From: Paecilomyces variotii
Lineage: Eukaryota
Assembly (NCBI GenBank): GCA_004022145.1
Contig: RCNU01000002.1
Length of the DNA stretch: 64,000 bases
Reading direction: 5' to 3' (one strand)
The position numbers and the translations under genes were made by a program. Below the pieces are notes generated by a model. The model was not told the DNA's origin and did not search any database. It worked only from the letters and a program-made list of their open reading frames with translations. This document shows, one piece after another, positions 23,926-34,970 of this stretch (the stretch's first letter is position 1; each line of letters opens with the position of its first letter).

Positions 23926-26661
23926 TTACTGGCCCAGTTGCATATTAGGATCCACAGGATCCTGGTGTTGGGCCTGTTGTAGGAGGTCACCGTGGACTTC
24001 CTGACCCAGAGTCTGCATCAAGTTCTGCTCAGCAGTCTGGTCCATCATTGCATGGTTGTCTGCATCCTGTGGGAGACCTGGAGAACCAGACATATTAGAA
24101 ATGGTGTCCTGTCCTGGTCCAGGTGCAATATGAGGGGCGTGTGCACCAGCAAGAGCCATCATCCCTTCAATTCCCTCCACATGCGCTTTGTCTTCTTCTC
24201 CTCGCTTCTTCTCTCGCTCGCGAGCTTCGTTCTTGGCAGCCTGTGCAGGGGCGCGGGTCTTGAGCTCTCCCGTGACAAACTTGAGATAATAAGGCACTTC
24301 GATACCACTTTTCAAAAAGAAGAGTTTGAGGTTGCGTGCTTTGTCCTTGAGTTGAACTTGATTACGATCTTTTAAGGACTCGTTAATCGTACCTCCCGGT
24401 CCGAACATGGCGAGGATCTGGCTCCAGTGAGGCCCCTTCACCCGATCCAGTCCAGCCATCAAGGCATTTTCTTCCTCAGTGGTCCACGGCCGACGTTGAC
24501 TGGGAAGGCCTGCCCTACGGCTACTCGGGGAAGACTTGGCAGTGGCAGCCATACGAGCACGTTCATATAGTATTTGAGTAGGCTGTGACTGTGAATAGTG
24601 AGGTACACCAGGCATGTAACCGTAGTTTGCCGCCGCAGCATTGGCTCGAGCCGTAATCGATGCAGCGTTGGCGGCGGGGTTGTATTGCTGGAAATTGGCC
24701 TGAAGAGGACTTTGCTGGAATGTAAGTTGTTGAGGTTGTTGAGGCTGCTGATGGTATCCAGGTGGAGTAGGGCTGCCCTGGAATTGTTGCTGCATAGGCA
24801 GGCCGTGCTGTGGCGGAGTTGGTTGAGGGATTGGGGTCCCGTGAGCGGAGTGCTGCTGCTGGGGGGGCTGTTGCATCTGCTGAACCTGCTGAGGTTGTTG
24901 CTGATGCTGATGCTGTTGATGATGTTGTTGCTGCTGCTGCTGTTGTTGTTGTTGTTGTTGCTGCTGCTGCTGTTGTTGCTGCTGCTGAGACTGTTGAGAG
25001 CGTCTTAGCCCGTGGCCCTGCAGGGCGATCTGTGCCGCTCGCGCTGCTCGTGCGACAAGATCTCCGTGCACATTGCGATCAACTGGAACTTCCGGAGGCT
25101 GAGGAGCCACCGAGAACTGAGTTTCAAGGGGAGCGCTGGGTTGCTGCTCCTGAGTCTCGCTGGTGGAGGGTTGGCGCCCTTTCGCAGTCTTCTTCGTCTA
25201 TCTCCCGTTAGCCGCATTCTGAATGGAGTGCATGAAAGGTTGGAGTGACAGACCTGTTGGTTATTGATGGCATCAAAATTCTTGCTAATGTAAGAGCTGA
25301 GATCTCTCAGAAAATCTTCCCAATGGTATTTTTCTGGCAATGCCTTCACTGCTTCTTCGTTGTTTATTTCACCAAGAAGAATATCACGGCGTGAACGGGC
25401 ACGCTTGACAAAATCTGCTTCACTGGGGGCAAGCTGCCTTGTGCCCGGCCGCTTGGCAAGCAGGCGCTGCTCCAGATCCTCTGGGAAGAGGTCGTAGAGC
25501 AGCTCAGTCCTCGTACGTTCCCGGCTGTTCATGGACGCGATAAATGCTTGGGTCTTAAGTTCGAGGAACAATGCACCCTGAACCTTGAGAAGACGACTTC
25601 CCTCCGACACAAAGACATCGAGGAAGTGGTCATTCAATTCGGCGAAGCTGATGTCCTGAGTCCCAAAGATACTTGAGACAAAGGAAGCCAGGTTTGCCTT
25701 CCTGATGATATCCACTTGAGAAGGTTCGGTCAGATCGAGTTCTGTCGCAGACAGGAATGCAGTTTTCGTAGAATAGACTCTCTTAGTATGATCAAACAGC
25801 GAACGCATGGTTGCATAAGCCTGCCCATTCTCTGAGTCGGGCTCAGACACGAACGAGGTAATATCCTGGTAAGAGGATTTGGCCAATAGGGTCAGGATCT
25901 GGGTCGACTATTGATTGGGCTACAATCAGCGTCCAAATATCGTGGAAGTGTGGCATCTCTACCTACCAGATTGTCAAGAATTGGCAGACTCTGGATCTTG
26001 AGATGAGAGTTGGCTTTGAGATAAACGACGCCTTTAGAGGCAGGTGCTCCAGCATCATTTGTCTCTTGCTTCTCCTTTTGACTAGCCGCGAATTGTTCTT
26101 CTACACGCTCTGAATGACCTATAATATTAGATATCACTGCAGCCACATCTTGCGCAGGATCAGGATTTCCCGCGGGAACCGCACCGTTGTCAGTCCCGTT
26201 TTCACCTTGATCGTGACTGCCATTCAGATTCTCCCCGGCCTCAAGCGCCCCCGTATCCAGTGCTGAAGCCAGTTCTTCCTCTATCTGGTTTCCTGCAGTG
26301 ATATTGTTCTCCTCCTTGGTCGGGAAAGAGGATGCATCAAAGGTATCAGGGCCGGAGGTCCGGCGTTTCTTGAACGCCCTTGGGGAGAGAGATCCATCGT
26401 CCTCATCAAGCGAATGCGAGACCTTCCCGAATTCTGCCATTGAAGCAAGTTAGCATGATGCTGTATCATTATGTTGTAGAACTGCGCGGGATAGAGACGA
26501 GAAAAAGTGATGCGTTCACCTGAAGCCGGGAGACAAGTAACAGAGGAAGGTAGCTACAGCCACGGCCACTCACCATTATTTTCATCAGGCACGGACGAAG
26601 TCGGGAAGGTAGAGGACGTCTTCCCATCCGAAGACAACCTCGAGCCTCGTGTACTTACCAT
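23926..26661 (-). CDS. tbf1: Telomere-repeat-binding Myb/telobox protein (Tbf1-like)
   Basis: Exon 1 26661-26574 starts in a GCCGCCATGG context and its phase-1 intron joins the 182-aa ORF; further introns near 25965-25909 and 25252-25199. [12 protein letters not shown] and [11 protein letters not shown] domain; Myb [16 protein letters not shown]...[17 protein letters not shown]. Confidence 0.9.
24890..24993 (-). repeat. CAG/CAA trinucleotide tract encoding polyQ in Tbf1
   Basis: Mixed (ctg/ttg)n run on the + strand; about 21 consecutive Gln followed by a Q/H-rich stretch. Confidence 0.95.
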
Positions 26662-26716
26662 GGCGGCCGAATCTATCCTGTATGCAGGTCGATCTGACTT
26701 CCAAGAGAAGAAATGA

Positions 26717-26745
26717 GGGTTTAGGGGTAGGGCGCGGGCGTAGGG
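26717..26745 (+). promoter_or_regulatory. TAGGG cluster / G-quadruplex-capable motif upstream of tbf1
   Basis: GGGTTTAGGGGTAGGGCGCGGGCGTAGGG: five G-tracts and three TAGGG, one of them TTAGGG. Confidence 0.45.
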
Positions 26746-28436
26746 CTTTGGAGGAGGCTCCGCTTACTTAGCTGCTGAGAAATTTTTGCGCTTATGCCGG
26801 GAAAGCCTCCGATCCCGAGATGGGAGATCGCACGCCAGACTAATTCGATCTATCTCGGGTATCGCATGGAGTTCTTACAAGCGAGTCTTATCACAGCCAT
26901 CGTCTAATTATTGCTCTACGAGATAAATGTGAAGCAAATGCATCCTATCAACTTGTTGGTAGTGGCCAAAGTGCTCGAGCACATTCGCACGTGACAACTA
27001 TGTCCATTTCCTGCCTCAGGCTGCAACTCAAGCGTCACGGGACAGCTCTCTTGCTCTCTCCTTGGTCGGCTAATATGTATTTAACTATATCAAAGCAACA
27101 ATAGGCACTGCTTACTTCTTGCCATATAACACTGTTTTCATGATGATCTCCGACTTCTGATCTTCTTGCATTGTTGGAGATAGACCGTCCCGTCGGGAAT
27201 AATTTCATCTGCTAGGAACCGTACATGCCATTCCTTAAGTAGATATCTAGCGTCTCGACGTTGTCTTTCTCTGTTCTTAACATCAACCGACGTTGATCGT
27301 CTTAGGTGGATTCCACCAACTTTTGGTATTGTGGGATCAGTCGTAAGACTGAACCTACGCTCCTCCTGCGTCATTGACTGGTTGTGTCCTTTCACCAGAC
27401 TGACGTGATATATATGTTTCTCTGCGGTATCAACGGTTACGGTCCGCTGGTTCCCGGCCAGCGAAGCTTCCGCATTTAGTACTAGAAGGTTGCATCAGAA
27501 ATGCCTTGATGAGCCTTGATTTCCGACCAAGAAGTACTATTCACACAATTCGAACCAAGGGACTGCTCAAGGCTATTTGCAACGAGGTCCTGGGCGCCAA
27601 GCATGTATTGTGCCAGAACCCCGCGCTCCATCGCGATAAGGACCGATGATCAAAGCGTTTTCCCGCTGTAGATCCCGCCCGCTCTGTATATTTCTACACC
27701 TCTCCAAGAAATGGAAAACGTTATGAAGATGAAATCTCCAGGATCTTATCAGAAGAACATGACGTCTAGGCTGCGGGTGGGGTTGTTCCCCGAATTCTTG
27801 AAGATGTCCTCGTATAGCAATCCGCAACGGCTCTCTGCCCAATTGCGCAATGATCTATATGAGATTGCTTTTTATTTAACTTCGCGATTTTAAGCACAGA
27901 ATTTCGTCACATCTAGCGCCAGAACTATATTCACTAATGCATACACGTGGAAAGCAATGTAGGTTACTATGTAGTTAGGATCACCGCAACCCTGTGCAAG
28001 CTAAGGGCCAGCTGCTCACACGACCTATTCGAAAAGGTCAAAGCATATTTCCTATCATCCTGACATTCTGGAATTGTATCCGTTTTCAGCTTTAGAGCCT
28101 CCGCAATTTGGTGATCTGCCCTCCATTATCGTTTATCGACGAGGGGTTCTAGCCCAAGCGAGGTACCAGCTCTTCGGATTTGGCGGATACCATGCTCTGA
28201 GGTCATCCGACAATTACTCAATGGCCCAGTCCCTTGAGGCATCGAGATACTTATTCTTGCTGTTACCCAGAAGGAAAAAGCTTTGATAGGCATTCTCAGT
28301 CATCTCCTACTGACACTCCTGGAGTCCAGCTGGTTCTGGAGGGTAGATTCGAGTTCCTCGTCATTGGAATCTATATAGATCCTTATCCCTAGTGTGCAGG
28401 CCACTCTACCCTCCCACACCATACCCATAAAACAAG

Positions 28437-30170
28437 ATGCGACTACTACTTGCCGCAATTACTGCCCTGGTGCTGCAGGCCCAGGTCGTTTGGACACAGG
28501 CTCTCACAGAGACGATCTGGAGTGTTGTCGCCTTTACACTATATGGCGATACCACACCGACTGCTTTCTCCGTGCCGCGCCGATTGACATCTCTCGGGGC
28601 CCAAGATTTATACACGGCTGGTTCTATCTTCCGCGACAGATATGTGGCCTTGATTTCCAATGGCAATCAATCGCACACGGGAGTTCAAGGGATATCCCCC
28701 TACATTCTGAGTGCAGATCAAGTGAACATATATTCGACTTCGGATCAGTTTGTTGCTGCCTCAGCTCAAGCATTTATCCAAGGGCTTTATCCTCCTCTTA
28801 GCATATCATATAATGGCACCTACCTCGATTCCGCCTCCACTTTGGCCAACGGCTCAGTTGTCAGCTATCCGCTCAATGGCTATCAATATGCCGACATCTA
28901 TACAGCAGGCTGGACTGACCCCTATTCGACCGCAGTGGCCGGACAGACTGACTGCTTCACGCACCAAATGTCAGAGTGGGCATACCAGAATACCCCGGAA
29001 TTTTCCCAAATCAAGGAAGATACGCTTGGATTCTATGCCTATATTTACGAACTTGCGCTTACGGGCGTATACGATGAGGACCATGCGAATTACGAGAACG
29101 CTTACGATATCTCCGAATATCTGGAATATTCGTATTTGCATAATTCCACTTTGCAAGATATCCTGACTGAAGAGGATATCAGTTATGCAAGAGCGCTCGC
29201 AGATCAGTATGTCTATGCGACGAATGGCAACGTCACAGGATACGGCCAACGGAGCAACGATAGCCAGGTTTCGACCATCGCCGGAAGGACCATGGTACAG
29301 CTCGTCGTGGATTCCTTCAACTCTAGCATCCAGGCGCAAGGCTCTGAAGCGAAAATGTCCCTGATATTCGGAAGCTACGAGCCCGCTGTGGCGTTTGCAG
29401 CGCTAGCCCAGATGTCAGATCTCAACTCCAACTTCTACGGACGTCCAGTTCCCGGTGCTTCGCTCGTTTTCGAGCTGTTCAGTTACGAGAGTGAATCGAA
29501 CGTCGAGTACCCCAGTGTCTCCGATCTCTACGTTCGGTTCCTCCTCCGCAACAGCACTGATGCCTCAGAGGGCTTTACGTACTATCCACTGTTTGGCTAC
29601 AGTCCCAGCCAGATCGCTGTTCCGTACACAGAATTCGTGGCGGAAATTGCTCAGTTCGCCGTATCCTCCACAGCAGAATGGTGCGAGATCTGCGGAAGCG
29701 AAGCGATCTTCTGTTCTGGTTCAGTCCCCTCGGACTCGGAAGAGCGAACCGGCGCCTCGAAGAAGGGACTTAGTCTTGCTGGTGCAGGAGCCATTGGTGC
29801 ATGTGTCACTCTTGTTACTACAGCTTTAGTTGCTGCTGTCGTTCTCCTGTGTGGTTTCCGCATTCAACGAAAGCAAAGGTCCGCAATGGGAGGCTTCAAG
29901 GGAAATAAGAAGCTCGCTAGCGATACCGATGTGACTTTCAAGAGCCCGTTCGGAGGCGCCATCAAGACTAGCGAGGCCCAGACGGAAGAAACCCCCAATC
30001 TTGGAGCGACTACCAGAGGTCATGAGAGACAGGGAAGCTGGGAGCTGGCTCAGCAAAAGAAAGAGACTGAGGCGGATAATGCACCCAAGGCCAGTCCTGA
30101 TTTTGACCACCATGAGGATGAGCATGTCGATCCTTTTCAGGACCCGGTCAAGCCGCATGAGAGCGTCTAG
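28437..30170 (+). CDS. Type I membrane histidine-phosphatase-fold protein with a degenerate active site
   Basis: Signal peptide; VVAFTLYGDTTP at the RHGxRxP position; LTSLGAQDLY; ASAQAFIQGLYPP; many N-x-S/T sites; TM segment near aa 450-475; cytosolic tail. Confidence 0.85.
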   Translation: MRLLLAAITALVLQAQVVWTQALTETIWSVVAFTLYGDTTPTAFSVPRRLTSLGAQDLYTAGSIFRDRYVALISNGNQSHTGVQGISPYILSADQVNIYSTSDQFVAASAQAFIQGLYPPLSISYNGTYLDSASTLANGSVVSYPLNGYQYADIYTAGWTDPYSTAVAGQTDCFTHQMSEWAYQNTPEFSQIKEDTLGFYAYIYELALTGVYDEDHANYENAYDISEYLEYSYLHNSTLQDILTEEDISYARALADQYVYATNGNVTGYGQRSNDSQVSTIAGRTMVQLVVDSFNSSIQAQGSEAKMSLIFGSYEPAVAFAALAQMSDLNSNFYGRPVPGASLVFELFSYESESNVEYPSVSDLYVRFLLRNSTDASEGFTYYPLFGYSPSQIAVPYTEFVAEIAQFAVSSTAEWCEICGSEAIFCSGSVPSDSEERTGASKKGLSLAGAGAIGACVTLVTTALVAAVVLLCGFRIQRKQRSAMGGFKGNKKLASDTDVTFKSPFGGAIKTSEAQTEETPNLGATTRGHERQGSWELAQQKKETEADNAPKASPDFDHHEDEHVDPFQDPVKPHESV

Positions 30171-30589
30171 AGGTTGGAAGAGGAGGTTTGGAGGCTTATG
30201 CAGTTGTCATGTTTTTCTGTCATAGTATGGAGAGACGGGAGAGGATGCGGGAGGCTTTACCTTAATACTACTTCAGGTAATCTTTTTGAATATATCATGA
30301 TACCAGCAGACACAGTCCATCTCCAGATAGCACAAAGGATACTTGTCAGCGTGCCTGAATGTCGCCAGGGTCACTTAGAAGCAACACTCCAAGGTCACGG
30401 GACGTTGTTGCCATATGCTGAAGCATCTGGGGGACACCTTCTGGGGGACACCTTCCCCCCTGGATATAGAACGCGCTAGCCGTGACAACAACAGAAGAAA
30501 AACACTCACCTGAGAGTTGCTTTGTTCTTCTCTGCTCCCAGTCACTCCCATTTCATCACAGTACCTCCGCAACCTCCAATCCTTCCAAG

Positions 30590-33542
30590 ATGAAGTACGA
30601 TATCCCAACCCTGCTGGCCATGAGCCCCAACGGCTCTATCGATATTGGCAAGTTCAGTGTCCATGCACTGGAAAGTAAGTATCTTTTCACGTCACTGGAA
30701 TAGAGAAACATGAAGACACTGACGCGTGAGCCAGACAACCTTCTTAGCCGCCGCAGAGCAAGTGCGAACATTTTGACTGAACGCTCTGTCAACCGCTCTC
30801 GTGTGGCTTCGAGCTTCTCTGCTACCCATAGCGAGGACTCTCCCTTTACTTCAGGAGGCCCTCTTCAATATCCCTGCCGGCAGCCTCGCAACGCTCCGCA
30901 TGGAAATCTGGCACAGACAGACGTTGGATTTGCTCGTTTCCTCAAAGAGCACGCATCCCCTAAGTACCACCGCGTCACTGCTGGAGGACGCATCGTTCCC
31001 ATGAATTCAGAACTGCCCGCTCCGCAGTTCAAGCTGCCGACGAAAAAAGAAGAAGCGGCCAGCTCCGGTAATCATCGCAGGTCTGAGGCTCTGACTGAAC
31101 GCAGAGCCAGCAGCAGTGGAATACACATTGCTCCTACACGAGATGCTCATGGTAACGCCAACTCCAACGCCATAGAACATCCTTCCATCTCGGGAACCGT
31201 AGGGAGTGCTGAAGCGCCGTGTCCAGCTTTTGATGGACCCGGCTGTGATGCTCGAATCCCAGGACCCCAGCAGACAGCGCCTACCGTGCAGAATCTTTGC
31301 TCCCAGCCTCACCTTGCCTTAGGGGCCAACAACACTCACTCTTCTCAACCGGTACAAACGTATCAAGAGTGTATGACATTCGCACCAAACCATGGAGCGT
31401 ATACTATATGTGCTGATCAGGTCAACTGGCTTCCAAACAATAGCTCCCTCACTGCGCAGAGAGCCCCGACACCATTTCTGGCCGCCCCGACCCAGCAGTC
31501 TGCAGCTGGACCAGTCTCCCCATTCGGAGTGCCAGTAGGAAGTATCCCTGGTATGTTCCCCTCGGGAAACACCTTGAAGTTACCAAGCGGAGCTCCGTTT
31601 TATCCTCTAGTCGGGATGAGCTCTACTCCAATCATTGGTCCAGTCTTCCCTTCCGTGAATCAGTCACTGCTTTCCATGCCACTGCCGCAAGAATCTGCAA
31701 TCCAAAAGTCTCTACAGGAGGCAAACAAACAGTACGAGACTCTTTCGGCTCAGCTTTCGAGTATTGACAGATACATGGCGCTCCATAACTTTGACCGGGA
31801 CCACAGTTCGAAGAAGATATTGGTTGAAAACCGAATGCAGCTGGTGCGGGAGCTGGATGCGACACGCCTGTACAAAGAGCAGCTCGAGTCAAACCTGAGA
31901 CAGCAGGAGCTCCTGACATCCACTGACAACCGGGCAGCGTGTGCATCTGGATTCGAGTCCATGTTTTCCTCAATGCGCCTGGGGGATATCTCAAATAATG
32001 CGAGTATGCAGAACATTTGGCTTCCTGCTCTAGCTGCCGGCAATGCACATTCAATCTGGACGCCGCCCATCCAAAACGCCTTGGCATCAATGCTGCCAGC
32101 TAACGAATCACTCAACGCATCTTTTCCCTACCAGTTCCCAGCCATAGGAAGCATGGCTTCAATGCATAGCGCCTTTGCATACGGAGATCCGCGTATGAGT
32201 ACCGGGAATGTCTACAATGACCAACAGAATCGTCCCGACTGGGTCATAGGTGCAAGCCACGATGTGAATAACCAGACGATGCATGCACTTAGCACTGAGC
32301 AGACAGGAGCGAAAGACATGGGCGCAGAAAATGATGGCTGGATAGCTCCTATGCAGTCAGCCCCGCTGGAGATCAGTCATATTTACCGCAAGATCGAAGA
32401 AGCTGCTAAGCATGGAGAGCCCATCGAGGAGCTGCTCAAAGAACTTACAGCCGTGACCACGAGACTTTCTCAGCCGCTGTCTGTAGAACATGTGGCTCTC
32501 CGTCCTCAAAGGTCATCGTTTGCTGCCACAGACAGTCACGGAGATGGAATCCAAGTCAAGTCGCAGGGCAAAGCGGCCCATGTAGGCGAAGACGTCAAAT
32601 GTGCCGAAGCAGCACAGAAACGCAACCAGTCCTTTACATCGAATGGAAAGGCCAGAGCAAAGGGAAAACCGCGTAAATCAGGACCGAGCAGCGTTCAGTC
32701 TTCAGGTAGAGGATATCAAGGGTTACGTGAAGTGGAGGATGATGATGACGGCAAATCTTGCTATTCTTGCCTTTCAACTACTGACTCCTGGGCAACTATC
32801 CAGGAAGGAGAGTAAGTACCATTGCTGGATTAGTAGTGTGCGAAGAGAAACTGATGTCGATAATAGCAAGCGCTGGCTTGCGCGAGAGGCCGCCAAGGAA
32901 AGACTTGATGATGAATCAAACGAAGGGTAAGTTGGCGCTCTCCGAGTAATCATATGTATGGTGAACTAACCAATGCACCTATACAGAGTTGAAGGAGCTT
33001 TAAGCTCTGGAAAGAGCAGAGGTAGATCTGGGCTTGGGAATCGAGCTGTGAACATCCGCAACACCGTCGAGTGGATCCAGAACATTGACCACGAAGCTGC
33101 TCCGGCGCAAGAGCCGCGAAACGCCTCGTCCTCTTCCTCTAACCTGGGCAATCAGGGGGTCGTCAAGCAGAGCAGTTCGCAGACTGGCCCACCGTGGAAA
33201 CGCAACCAACGCCGAGGACACTCGTCTAAGAAGGGATGCGCACCGGCTGTCTCTCAGAATGTCAATGCCTACGGATTCCTACCCCCATTTGATGGACCTG
33301 GAGATCAGTCAGAGACGGGGGCGTCTCGCACCGACGATAACCACGTGGGAGACGGCTATTCACGCCCGAACGAGACGCACCGGCCACATACAGCACAACA
33401 GCCTTGGTACAAGAAGAGACTGCGTGACAAGCCGGCGGCAGATGAGGTGCGCGAATTCTTTCGACGCATCGAAGCGGACGAAGAGCAGATGATGATGATG
33501 CATAAGTACCAGATTGATGACGGCCGCGACGAAGCCCGTTAA
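30590..33542 (+). CDS. Uncharacterised, largely disordered protein with an N-terminal YxxxxLphi motif and a central coiled coil
   Basis: Exons 30590-30674, 30735-32811, 32866-32926 and 32988-33542 splice in frame. Block FARFLKEHASPKYHRVTAGGRIVPM looks conserved; helical coiled-coil-like segment in the middle. Confidence 0.8.
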
Positions 33543-34970
33543 CTAGGATGGTCAAAGACCGGAAGCATAACGGCAATCGCAGCATCTGGCACGATAGACA
33601 CATTTGAGCGGACGACTTCGGACTTAGGGACAGCATTGTGGATTTGACGCCTGGCGCTTGGAGATATCCTGGTACTGATAGTATGATTAGCACGTTGTTT
33701 GTATCAGCAGGTTAGTTTCGTTGATTGGAACGGCCGTTTATGTGGAGAGGCGGTGATTGGTGGATTGGCGGATGGCAGAGGTGAAACCGGCTGCCATCAC
33801 CGGCAGACCGTCGTTGTACGCGCTTTTAGTCGAGTCTCCCTTGAGACCATTATTGCTTAGCTAGCACTGCTGACGGATGTACTCGAGCTTCATGAATGGA
33901 TCAGTTAAGCCTGCAGTGGCACTGCAGAGTTTTTGATTTCGCCTCATGAGTAAGTACTGGTAGTAGTGCTGGACAGGTAGACGGACGTTGGATCTCGCCA
34001 CTTGCCGCTAGACTCAGGTCATTCATGCTGCAGACTCGGCATTGGTGCTCATAGTCCGGGACTAGTGCCGCCCAGGGGTTGGTGGATGAATTTGAACTAG
34101 AAGGAGGAGGCTCAGGGACAGAGCGGAATGTGCACGATGATCGAACGGAGCAGGATGAGTTCGGATGGATGGACGAGATGGGGTCAGAGATGGGCAGAGA
34201 GACCAGAGGAACCAGTCATTTTAACTAATTGCTCCAGGCATCAATAATAATAATAAGAAGAAGAAGAAGAATAATTAGTTAGTTAACCAAGAGAACAAGA
34301 GAAGAACCGCGGGCGAACCAAGCCAGACGCGTGGCCTGAGGCAACTGCTGGTTACAGTGGCAGTGCTTCCAATGAAATAATCGCGATGAACGATCGCAAT
34401 CACCTCTCAGTCTCGGCCGGGTCGACCTGGGCCAACTAGGTAGGTTGGTTAACTAACATACTAGTTAGCTAGTTAACTACCTAGCTATCTGTCTATCCAA
34501 GGCAGTTGAGCTACCTGAGGTTATTCAGTTCTCGTCTCGACTCTCGACTTTCAACCCCGTTCTCGGTCTCCACCTGGCACTTCCTCTTCCCTCCATTCCA
34601 ACTGACCTCACTTGACTCTCTCCTTGTTCTCCGGCAACCTCCTCCCACCCATCCTGAAATTCCTCCATGTGCCTCCGTTTGTCCTGTCATTGAGGCATCT
34701 GCCCATTCGCATTTCAGACAGAGACTCTCTCTCTGTCTGCCGGGACATAGCCGGAATTTCGACGGTCGTCCGCGCGCTTGTTTCCGCCCGGTGATAGCCC
34801 GTTATCGGTGCTGGCGCTCGTTCCCGCTGCGTTGCTGAACAATCCGGCCAACCCGCCTTCCCAGGCCCTCCTTGTCCGTCGATCGACCTGTTCGTCCTGT
34901 CATTGGCCTCCAGCGGCTTCATCTTTATTATTATAACCGTCTGCCAGGACGGATTCAGCAGTCATCCGCC

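Noticed and set aside
24598-25211. Poly-Leu and poly-Val/Ala ORFs on the + strand
   Set aside because: These are antisense shadows of the Tbf1 polyQ tract.
26435-26661. ATG-only first exon for tbf1 (ATG|GTAAGT)
   Set aside because: That splice is out of frame with the acceptor at 26435. The GTGAGT donor at 26573 gives the correct phase.
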